Assembly (NCBI GenBank): GCA_024704765.1 | Contig: JAKMXF010000354.1 | Coordinates: 171,690 to 235,689 of the forward strand | From: Oopsacas minuta | Taxonomy: Eukaryota; Animalia; Porifera | DNA length: 64,000 nucleotides | Direction: 5' to 3' | In this document: positions 42,501 through 52,396 of the stretch, in pieces | How positions within the stretch are numbered: the stretch's first letter is position 1 | Layout of the letters: each line of letters opens with the position of its first letter | Translations under genes and position numbers: made by a program | Notes under the pieces: model-generated | What the model was told of the DNA's origin: nothing | The model's database searches: none | What the model saw: only the letters and a program-made list of their open reading frames with translations

Positions 42501-43501
42501 ATACGAATAAGTGTTTGAATGATAGTGGGGATTCTTATCATATACAGACAAGTTTTGAACGATCTACTGACGATATATTCATAGAGATTCATACTCGACT
42601 GCCTACAACAGCACCTCATGTTAAGGTAACCTTTTACTGACTCGAGTGGATAATAGGAGAACAATTTGGGTGGACATTCGATTAATATTGGACAATTCGG
42701 GAGTACTTATTGTATGAAATACTATACAGTGCAACCTCTGTAAGTGAGGGAGGTCGAGTCGGCGAATCTCTTGATAAACTCCCACTCACCATTTATAATT
42801 TCAAATGTAAATATCCTTAAGCTGAGATTTTAAGTCAATATGTATAACCACTTCCTCCAACAACTGTTTTTCAATTATGTTTGTTGATAAGAATATGCTC
42901 TAAGGTAGTTGGTTGAATGTAAAAATTTGTAACAAATTTTCTACTGAAAAACTCAAAATTTCAATTCATCATAGTGATAAATACCTGTATTTTTTCTAAA
43001 TTTAGCACAAAAATTGATTATCCAAGAAAATATATAATAGAATTCCCCACTTATAGAGGTTCTACTGTATTATATAGCTACATTATGAGAATTTTCTGTT
43101 AGCAATAGCAAACTAATGGTACTTATTCTGTGAATAATTTAGTGTACTTCTAGGAATATCCTATTGGAATAATCGTAAGGCTGAATTCTAATAATCATTA
43201 TGGTGTTGTGTGTAAGTGGAGCACAGGCCCTGTTCTTTCCTCCTGTATTTATGGTGTTCTGATGGATGATAACCGTCGCGAAATACTGTATTGTGTTCAC
43301 GACATAACTCCGTGTTTGTCACCCCTTGAAACTAGACGAATAAATAATCCTCTGATCGGGAAATACTTCTCTCATTTCAATGGACTCTACTATCAACCTA
43401 TTCCTATAATGCGAAAACTATACCCTGATGATGAGGCCTATATGCATTCCTTATTTTCTAATTTTGCAGAAGTAGAATTTGTTTCTGAACAAACCATTTA
43501 G
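39600..43501 (+). CDS. FBXO21: F-box only protein 21-like (F-box + transglutaminase-like core + YccV-like domain); 6 exons: 39600-39781, 40158-40413, 40484-40855, 41289-41549, 42305-42625, 43154-43501
   Basis: F-box LISLPNEVIELIL..LTRLCLVCRRL; NFYSHKNSYLHN|VLRTKKGIYITLSVIFQAVASRLGL..PVSFP; ARMLANI; YccV-like YPIGIIV..HYGVVCKW..YGVLMDD..INNPLIGKYFSHFNG.YY.P....LYPDD. All junctions are GT..AG and phase-compatible. Confidence 0.85.
42727..43067. mobile_element. TA-flanked pogo/Tigger-type MITE in FBXO21 intron 5
   Basis: TA|cagtgcaacctctgtaagtg ... cacttatagaggttctactg|TA; 20-bp TIR with 3 mismatches. Confidence 0.8.
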
Positions 43502-44205
43502 TTCTTAATATTTTGAAATGACGCAATCTAAGTAATTATGTGTATTTTATTACATTATCAATTATACAAGCACGCTTTCTTGCCTCCGCAATGTACGTAC
43601 GTACGTAAGGTACAGTCGAAATATCTGAGATCCGGGAAGTGTCATCTGCATGATGTCCGAATATCAGAAATAACAACACCTCTTGGGTAATAGCTTGGAG
43701 CATGTCTGTCTTGTGCCTCCTACTGAAATATGATTAGTATTGGTTTGGCATTGCTATGAGGCTATCCCTGTTAAATAACAACATTGCGCGCATCTTTTAG
43801 ATACACTCTTGTTGTGTTTAATGGATATCTCTCATTGTTTGTTGTCTCCAGTGTGCCTTGAAAAGTGTGTGTTAGATACTGCCCTTTAGATTGCATTCTA
43901 AATTATCAGTTGGGCTGATTGCTCTGTTCCAACAAAGTGTTTCTAAGCCACAGTTTCGAGATGCATGGCATTACGGTATAGAGAATAGAATAGTCTGGTG
44001 GCTAAGAAACGTGTTTTCGTGAAGACATAAACTCTATTATGAGAATTTACCAGAAATTAAACATTTTTGAACTGATTCAGAAAATCATGCCCAGACCTTG
44101 GCAGTTCGACTGTATTATATATTATTATTCTATCACTAAGATTAATCCTATCCCAATACTAGATATATAATATTCATAGCATTACGAATAGCTGCATATA
44201 TTCCA

Positions 44206-47026
44206 ATGGCCGATAGTGAGGGAGGAGAAGGATCACCCAAGCCTCGTGTATCGATTCGAGCTCTCAGTGGTCGCACCTGTCACTTTGATGTGAAAGAAGA
44301 CACAACTGTAGAACAGCTGAAACATATAATAGCGGGAGACATGGAGGTACCTGTTGAGAGACAACGACTTCTCTTTCAAGGTAAAATCTTAACTGATAAA
44401 CAGTTGCTAAAAGCTGCAGGATGCTTTAATAAAGTCATTCACCTTGTAAAGCGAGCTGAGCTACCTGCTAACCCTCCGGTCCCTCCCTCTTCTACTACCT
44501 CAGCTTCTACTACACCGGCTGGTCCAGCACCTGGTAACAATACAGCTGGCGTGGTATTCGGAGGGTTCCCATTCATCGGTCCTCATCAAATATTTAATAA
44601 TGTATGGAATATGACACCTCCTTCCTCTACTGTCACTTCTACTAATAGCGCATCCACCACTACCACCACTACTACTTCTACCTCTACTCCTACAGGGCCA
44701 GGCAATCCCCACCCAGCACATGGACCCCGTTCTAACAGGGGGGTACCTGGGGCGTTGTGGGAAACGCGCCACCTTTTACAGCTCTGTGGAAATACGTTGG
44801 ATAGGTTCGATCGAGGCGAGAGCATTGCTCCTCAAGATCCTGTTCAGCATCAAAACCCAGGACCCGGTCCCTCTGTCTCAGTAGCTTCCTCTCTACTTGG
44901 AGATTTGTATACTCAGATGGCTGCTGTATTCCAACGTCTCCTCCCTCTATTCCGAGAAGAAGCTCAGTTCTTACAAGAGGATAGAGTACTGGAAGATGAG
45001 GAGAGAGTGAGATTAGAGAGAGTATCTAGCTGTATACGTGCTGTGCTAGAACGGCTCCATGTATGTGAAGTTCATCTACTGAATGTATCAGTATCATGCT
45101 CTCAAGCTCCTCCCCGTACCGTCCAGGCTACGCCTAGGAACAGAAGACGTGTGGTTATACAGGCCCCTCACCATATGGCACATGTACAAGTAAATATAAA
45201 CCATTCTAACCAGGGACATCCTAATGTACCTCCTCCAGGAACTGCCCCCAATTCTGCTCCCGCCGGTACCAATCCAGATCAACCTCCTCCAAATCAAGAA
45301 CAATCTCCTCCTAACCCCCCTCTACAGCCCTTAACAGCACCATCTCCCACAGAACTGACAAATATATTCGTACAAGCACTCAGCTCCATCCTTCCAGGAG
45401 CTGTCAATCCACAAACTGATGGTTCTATGCAGACATCAGCTGTTCCACACACCATCACTGGAGAAGCAGTCATTATACAGAATGGACTTATGAATAGAAT
45501 ACCAATTGAGACCGGATCAGGAGCTACACCCCATCCCCTATCAGCTGGTCTCCCACAGGGTCTGAGCATTATTCAACTGGCTAGAAGTCTCTACCCCGGT
45601 TTTATCGATGACCCTGGAGATGACATCTTCTCCCGTCTCATCTTAGTGCTCTGTAATGCGTTAACAGTTGAACAGCTACGTGATGTAGTACAGGGACGTG
45701 TAGAGTGTCTGCAGGCCATGTATCAACAGATTAAAGAGTTTGTATTAAGTGTTTTGGCTACAGAGGCAAACTGTGTGGAGGCAGAACGACGGTTAAGAGG
45801 AGGGAAACTCATAGCTGAATCAGCTGTTGAGAATATGGAAGGTTTAATAGAATCACTGCCTCCTCAAGAGGGACTTAATATGAAAAGAACTTTTATTAAT
45901 TTCTTTCAAATTCATTTCCACACTGCTATCACACTAATACTAGATCCACGTAATCAAGATATAGAGGCTAGCAATACTGAGAACAGGTTAGCTCATTGTA
46001 AATTGTTGATTGTGAATTTTCGTACTATAGCCAACTTCCGTTATATCGAAGCTCTAGGAACCGCGATAATTACTTCGATATAATGGGAGTTTATGTTACT
46101 TTGACGGTTTGGGACCAATTTTAAATATATCCGTGTTCGATATACGGAAGTTTGCTGTTTTAACTACTACATGAGTTAATATAGCTATTTATTAACTGAC
46201 AACCGAATACGTGAATCTTAAAATGTTCCATGAACTATAATATGTTCTAACGAAAATCATTTGTCATTTTAATATTCGTTGTTTCCAATTTTGTTTCTAA
46301 AATTTTATTAAATTATTTATCTGTTTTAGGTTTGGTAAAGTTATATGGGGATGGTGTCAGAACATGCTGTGTGAGCTATCCCAGCTGATAGATGTGCTAG
46401 CACGAGCAGGAGGTACTGACATACACTCTGTGCTAGAAGCGACGCTCAGAAGTTTTATATTAGCTAATGAAGCTGCTGGCGATATTCCTGTAGATATTAT
46501 TCGGGTTGTATTCAGAGAGAATAGAGAGAAGATAAACTCGTTAATAAGGAGCTCTCGTCTCACAGAAATACAGATAAAAGACAAATATTGTATAAATATA
46601 ACTCCTGAACCATCTTCTCTCCCACAACTTGCATCAGAGTTCATATCGGCTTCTACAGATTGGATGTCACAAGAATGGAAAGATTGTATTCAAGAAGACA
46701 CTCAAATACAAACATCTCAGCAGACCTGCTTCTCTAACAGCTACATGAACTATTCCGGCCTGACTGACAACAAAGACCAGAAGGTAGCATGTACAGTTGA
46801 AGATATGTTATGTGACACTTTAACAATGTCCATCAACAGTTCACAAGTTCAGCCTATCACCTCTGTAGACGAAGTCATGCATGACGTCAGACAAAATTCT
46901 ACTCTCAAAAAGCGTTATAACGAGTTTATAGACTCTAATCTTAACAAGAGAATCCGTTCTGACCCTAACCACTCAGCTGAGAGGTTCCCGAAATCAGCTG
47001 GAAGATATAAGTCTGACGATCAGTAG
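44206..47026 (+). CDS. BAG6: BAG6/BAT3 (ubiquitin-like N-terminus, Pro-rich middle, BAG-similar C-terminus); 2 exons: 44206-45986, 46330-47026
   Basis: UBL VSIRALSGRTCHFDV..TVEQLKHIIA..VPVERQRLLFQGKILTD; C-terminal LKKRYNEFIDSNLNKRIRSDPNHSAERFPKS. Donor ag|gttagc at 45986 and acceptor ttttag at 46329, phase 2. Confidence 0.9.
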
Positions 47027-47245
47027 TATAGCATAATTGCTAATTGCTGTGCTACGCTAATTCCAGTACTTTATTACAAGTGATATTATTATGTATTTGA
47101 AGTGATAGTATATTATATTCATAGGTTGAGTATAGTTAAAAATGAAGAGTGTTATGTTAATATATTTATCAACCACGGCAACAGCCTTATGATAGTATTT
47201 ACATCTCTAAGTGATGGCTAAATTCAATGGAGCAGAATACAATAG

Positions 47246-47417
47246 CAGTAGACTCTCGTTAATACGAATTTTCGGATAAGACGAACACAAATTCCACAAA
47301 ATCAGGTCCCTACGATACGATGGTTATTCAATTGGTATTACTCAGGTTAATACGAACTCCCGATAAGCGAACAAATTTTGATCGTCGGTTGGTGTTCGTA
47401 TTAACGAGGTTCTACTG
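47246..47417. mobile_element. CAGT-ended MITE, same family as 54245-54387
   Basis: cagtagactctcgttaatacgaa ... ttcgtattaacgaggttctactg; internal cgaacaaattttga..g..gttggtgttcg is shared with the 54245 copy; TA flanks are not retained. Confidence 0.7.
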
Positions 47418-47618
47418 GTTCAGCAAATCGAGCTAGGGTTCTTATTTATTATTATTATTATTCCAACAGCTACTGGATGTATATATCGTGGATGAATACG
47501 ATTGATTTAAGAAAACTACGTCATGTCAATTTGATTGTAGAATTGAAATACAAATTATGAAAATAAAATATACAAACAGTTAAGAATACAAAATCTCTTA
47601 ATTAAAGAAATAAATAAT

Positions 47619-48968
47619 CTAAGAATTATCAAAATAAACTCGATAAGTTAATTGTGTATTTTTTAATACTTTCAGCACTCTAGCCTTGGTTATAGAACCT
47701 ATGTAGAAATTCCAATCTATATCAAGTATTGCATCACTATTACTCCACCACTCTATTGAGTTTATCCCATAATCCTCGTCCACGTAAATGTAGCGTCTAT
47801 ATGTGATACGACACGATTCAATTACATTATCGTATTCTCCCTTGTATCTCTTTAGGTAGTAATTAGCTGTGTAACCGTTCCACTCAGCGCTAAACTTGAA
47901 ACTTGCGTATATTCTCACTTTACATAGACCTATATAGAAAGTAGGTCCGTAAATCAATTCATTAGAATCTATCCATTTATGACGCCATTCTATACCGTGG
48001 AGAATTTTATCATATTCTTCAAAATATTTACTTATAGAGACTGCATTAACTTTAAGAGACTGTAGTTCTAAATGGTGTATGTTCAATGTCTTTTCCATTT
48101 CTAGAGAATTATTAGCAATTGTTCCATTGATCTCTTTTATCACTTCTGCAAATCTTGACTTGAGATACTGATATTCTTCTTTTGTCTGATTTAGCATTCT
48201 AATCATCTCGTTAGAAGTGTGATACAGGTCTTGTACCAGATTATAATTAACCGATAGAGCTATTGGAATAAAGAATAAGAATAGGAATCTAATTATCCAT
48301 GTATTTCTATTAACTTTCTTTGCACTCTGTTGTTGTTTCTTAGATTCACTTTTTATTGCATCAATTTCCACATTTTGCGTATTAATTATTTTCAAGAGCT
48401 CAGTATTAGAATTCTGTAGGTAATGTAACTGATTGAGTATGGTCTCCTGATGGCAGACCATCTCTTCGTCCAGATGCTTTGTCAAACCATGTTTTAGTTT
48501 TCCACTCGCTTGAAACCCGATCTCCTTATAAGGACATGTTTTCTTATCACGATTAGAATAATGGAGTTTATTGCTGTTTGCTAGGGATTTCTTCTTCAAT
48601 ATTTCTCCATGTTGGCTGTTCATAGACAATAAATTACAACAGTTCATGTGTTCATATAGTGATTGTAGATCTCCTACCCAAACACACCCCTTATATGAAA
48701 GAGGACATCTGCATTCTAGAAGTGCCACTTTAACTTGTACATCCAGGTCTATGTCAAAATTAAAACTTGTAGTACATGAGAGACAAACAGTGTTACCTCT
48801 GAATTTAGTAGCCTGCCTAATCACTCCGTCACATTCCGGACAGAGTAATAAATTTCGAAGACCTCTATTTATTTGATTTGTGAGTAAATCTTGCTTGAAT
48901 CCTTTGAAAGTTCCATATCTTTCTACATAAATTAGTGAGGGAATTGTCTCTTCGATTAAATCAGTCAT
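47619..48968 (-). CDS. TRAF-like protein: degenerate RING, TRAF/SIAH zinc fingers, coiled coil, hydrophobic segment, coiled coil, MATH-like C-terminus; intronless
   Basis: LLLCPECDGVIRQA...VCLSC; CRCPLSYKGCVWVGDLQSLYEHMNCC; CPYKEIG..LTKHLDEEMVCH; hydrophobic WIIRFLFLFFIPIALSV; C-terminal GIEW..W..YGPTFYIGLCKVRIY..GEYDN is MATH-like. Confidence 0.65.
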   Translation of the reverse strand: MTDLIEETIPSLIYVERYGTFKGFKQDLLTNQINRGLRNLLLCPECDGVIRQATKFRGNTVCLSCTTSFNFDIDLDVQVKVALLECRCPLSYKGCVWVGDLQSLYEHMNCCNLLSMNSQHGEILKKKSLANSNKLHYSNRDKKTCPYKEIGFQASGKLKHGLTKHLDEEMVCHQETILNQLHYLQNSNTELLKIINTQNVEIDAIKSESKKQQQSAKKVNRNTWIIRFLFLFFIPIALSVNYNLVQDLYHTSNEMIRMLNQTKEEYQYLKSRFAEVIKEINGTIANNSLEMEKTLNIHHLELQSLKVNAVSISKYFEEYDKILHGIEWRHKWIDSNELIYGPTFYIGLCKVRIYASFKFSAEWNGYTANYYLKRYKGEYDNVIESCRITYRRYIYVDEDYGINSIEWWSNSDAILDIDWNFYIGSITKARVLKVLKNTQLTYRVYFDNS

Positions 48969-49142
48969 AATTCAGTAATTTTTATATAATTCATAGCACG
49001 TGGTTAAAGCACTGTACATACAGAATAATCTGATAAATGTATAGAATTACTAAATAGAAGTTTGTTAAATAGGAGTAATTAAGAAAATTAAATAATTATT
49101 GGAATTTGATAAAAGTTTTAGAAACGAAATATTTGTTAGACT

Positions 49143-50381
49143 ATGATGAAGCTATGCCTGTTACTGCTCGTGCTTATGACATTTGTGACACTCTCAATGG
49201 GAGCAGCAACTAGAGAGCTTGTTATCCTACTCTTCAGACACGGAGATAGGAGCCCTTCTAACCCGTACGCAAACTATCCGCACGCATCTGCATGGCCACA
49301 AGGTTATGGACAGCTCACAACTATAGGTATGCAGGAGCAGTACGCATTAGGAGGGTTCATAAAACAAAGATACATATCTTCTGGTTATCTAACGACTGCT
49401 TATAAGCGAGATGACGTATATATCCGTAGTACCAATGCAGATCGTACCATTATGTCAGCACTATCACAACTATCTGCTGTGTTCCCTCCAACAGGTGATC
49501 AAGTGTGGGACAACTCCCTCATATGGCAACCCATTCCTGTCCATAATGTACCTGAGAGTACTGATAACATATTGAAAGCATTTAGTACATATTGTCCAGC
49601 TTATACTCGAGCTAGGGAACAGTTCAGACGTAGCGATGAATTTAAAGAAATGGCAGCTAAGCACCAAGATCTATTTAGTACTATTTCTCAGGCTACTCAT
49701 GATCGTGCTAATTTGAGTAATATATGGCAATTCGCTGACACATCCTTTTGTGACAAAGCACATAACTTATCTCTTCCCACTTGGGCAGAGAATAACTTTA
49801 ATACTTTAATATCTCTTAATAACTGGGATTTAAGAATAAGTTATGGTCGTAAAGGAGTTCAGCAGTTTATGAGTGGAAGATTGATGTGGTATTTCTGGCA
49901 ACTGGTAGATGCTAAAATGAATGATAGCGTAGATATAAAAGCTTATTTTCTGTCAGCACATGACGTAACAATTGTTTCTCTACTCGCTGCATTCAATATT
50001 TGGAATGAATTGCAACCACCTTATGCATCTCTCGTGATGGCTGAATTGTTCAGAGATGGAGATAGTTGGTACCTGCAATTTTCTTTCAAAAACTCGACTG
50101 AAGCAGAAGCTATCATTCTCTCTGTACCGGGTTGTAGTCCAAATTGTTCAGTCAATAAACTGAAAGAATTGACCAAGAACGTTACCCTTACAGAGACAGA
50201 ATGGAAGCATGCATGTGGACTCGATAGCAATCTCGATCTAGTGGTACTCCCCTATATAATTGCTATAGCAATTCTCAGTTTAATTATCATATTCCTCTGC
50301 TTTGTATGGATACTTATCATACCATGCAAACGCTTAAGTAAGCCGAAGAAATATGATCTATTACAATCAGATAGATGTTAA
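49143..50381 (+). CDS. Lysosomal/prostatic-type histidine acid phosphatase (ACP2/ACP3-like), type I membrane protein; intronless
   Basis: Signal peptide, catalytic RHGDRSP, GQLTTIGMQEQYALG, RSTNADRTIMSA, WQPIPVH and AHD; C-terminal TM helix and a cytosolic YDLL (YxxPhi) sorting motif. Confidence 0.93.
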   Translation: MMKLCLLLLVLMTFVTLSMGAATRELVILLFRHGDRSPSNPYANYPHASAWPQGYGQLTTIGMQEQYALGGFIKQRYISSGYLTTAYKRDDVYIRSTNADRTIMSALSQLSAVFPPTGDQVWDNSLIWQPIPVHNVPESTDNILKAFSTYCPAYTRAREQFRRSDEFKEMAAKHQDLFSTISQATHDRANLSNIWQFADTSFCDKAHNLSLPTWAENNFNTLISLNNWDLRISYGRKGVQQFMSGRLMWYFWQLVDAKMNDSVDIKAYFLSAHDVTIVSLLAAFNIWNELQPPYASLVMAELFRDGDSWYLQFSFKNSTEAEAIILSVPGCSPNCSVNKLKELTKNVTLTETEWKHACGLDSNLDLVVLPYIIAIAILSLIIIFLCFVWILIIPCKRLSKPKKYDLLQSDRC

Positions 50382-50580
50382 GTGTAAATTAGCCGATCTT
50401 AAAGTTTACAGAACTTAAAGCTTTCTAATTTTAAACTCTCTATGTACATTTTGTCAATAGATATTGTGTACACTGTATGTAATGTACATCATAGATTTAT
50501 CTCAGATTATTGCGTGCTTAACTAACTATTCGTTTTATTATAATTATTAATTAATAATAATTTAAGTTACTCGACCTCAA

Positions 50581-50821
50581 TATGGCTGATCCAGCATTTT
50601 AGACTGGGTACTAGAAAATCAATGATCGCTTCTAGCGAATAATTAGTTTACTATACACTCAAGAACAGAGTTGCAAATGGATCATACTTTATGGGTGACC
50701 CATCAATAATTCTATATATTCTGTATTTTTGAAAAGACCACGACCTTGCTGTAGAATATTCTAATGACGTTGAGTTAAGGGGGCGATTTACCCTCTACCC
50801 CCGTCCCTGGATCAGCCCATG
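50581..50821. mobile_element. Small non-autonomous element with GC-rich TIRs
   Basis: Left tatggctgatccag versus the reverse complement of the right end (ctggatcagcccatg), catgggctgatccag; subterminal G/C-run palindrome. No clear target duplication. Confidence 0.5.
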
Positions 50822-50986
50822 CTCTTTTGTCGTAGTTGAATATTTACAAAAAATGTTTAACAACTGTGCTGTAATAATTACTGTATGTAACTCTGGCGCG
50901 CATGACATTCGGCATGTGATCCTTACATTCCCCCTGGTAGAGCTAATAAGAAGATCCGTCAATTAGGGAAAAAATAATTAATTTAG

Positions 50987-51970
50987 ATGTCTGACGTTCC
51001 TTCAAACGCCCCAGAGGCCTGTCCGGGTACCCAGAGTTCAGAAGCTGGAAAAACAGGTCCTTGCCAGGGCTGTCCCAACCAGACTCTATGTTCATCTGGA
51101 CAAGCTAAACAGTTGGACCCTGCAGTAGATGAAATAGCCAAGAAGTTATCATCAGTACGTAACATCCTTCTAGTTCTCTCAGGGAAGGGAGGGGTAGGTA
51201 AGAGCACTGTATCTGCTCATCTAGCAGCAGCTCTTGCTCATGATAATAGTACACAAGTAGGTCTACTTGATATTGACATTTGTGGCCCTAGTGTACCTCA
51301 AATAATGGGTTGCTCTGATCACCAAGTGTACCAGAGTGGGAGTGGCTGGTCACCTGTATTCGTGCAAGATAACCTAGCAGTTATGTCAGTAGGATTTCTG
51401 CTGTCCAGTCCACGTGATGCTGTAATATGGCGTGGCCCAAAGAAGAATGGACTTATCAAACAGTTCCTACGAGACGTGGATTGGGGAGAACTTGAATGGC
51501 TTATTGTAGACACACCCCCTGGTACATCTGACGAGCATCTTAGCTGTGTGCAATACCTAGAGAAATGTAATGTTAGAGGAGCAGTACTGGTTACAACTCC
51601 TCAGGAGATTTCCCTTCAGGATGTTAGGAAACAGATTAACTTCTGTAGAAAGGTTAAATTACCCGTTTTAGGAGTTTTAGAGAATATGAGCGGATTTGTG
51701 TGTCCAAATTGTCACCATAAATCACAGGTGTTTCCGCCCACCACAGGAGGCGCGAGTGAAATGTGTGAGAACATGAATGTTCCTCTTCTAGGGAGTATCC
51801 CTCTTGACCCAAGAATAGGGCAGGTGTCTGATGCAGGAGAGTTTATATTCACTCGATGTCCTGACTCACCAGCTGCTAAGAGTTATTCTGAAATTATTCA
51901 GCGGGTTAGGAAGCTATGTGAACAGCAGCTACAGCTCAAAGATGAGAATCATGAACAGAACGATCATTAG
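50987..51970 (+). CDS. NUBP1: Cytosolic Fe-S cluster assembly factor NUBP1 (Nbp35); intronless
   Basis: N-terminal CPG..S..AGK..C.GCPNQ.LC Fe-S motif, deviant Walker [37 protein letters not shown] and [11 protein letters not shown]. Confidence 0.96.
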   Translation: MSDVPSNAPEACPGTQSSEAGKTGPCQGCPNQTLCSSGQAKQLDPAVDEIAKKLSSVRNILLVLSGKGGVGKSTVSAHLAAALAHDNSTQVGLLDIDICGPSVPQIMGCSDHQVYQSGSGWSPVFVQDNLAVMSVGFLLSSPRDAVIWRGPKKNGLIKQFLRDVDWGELEWLIVDTPPGTSDEHLSCVQYLEKCNVRGAVLVTTPQEISLQDVRKQINFCRKVKLPVLGVLENMSGFVCPNCHHKSQVFPPTTGGASEMCENMNVPLLGSIPLDPRIGQVSDAGEFIFTRCPDSPAAKSYSEIIQRVRKLCEQQLQLKDENHEQNDH

Positions 51971-52396
51971 AATTCTCTCATTAACTCATTCAACAAGGCT
52001 ATGCAAACACGATTAGTTTACCAACACCAACCGGTAATTTATATTTTTCTTGTTAGATAATTGCCTGATTAAACTCAAAACTATGTGCAGTTAACTCCTG
52101 TTATATCTAAGCTCAAGGGACCATAATTACTTCGATTTATGCGGCATTCGATATAACTGATGAAACAGATGTAACTTTAACGGTTTGGGACCATATTTGT
52201 ACTGTTTCTATGGTAATTGAGATTTCAACCAATTTCTTAGGGCTGTTATGGTTTAATCGGACCACTTCAATATCCATGCAGCCGGGCCTGCATACTGCCT
52301 ATTAATACTATTTGTACAACTTCATTATATCAGTATTTCGATATAACTGGATTTGACTGAAATACTGGCTAATCAATAGATTGAGATTTGTAATAT

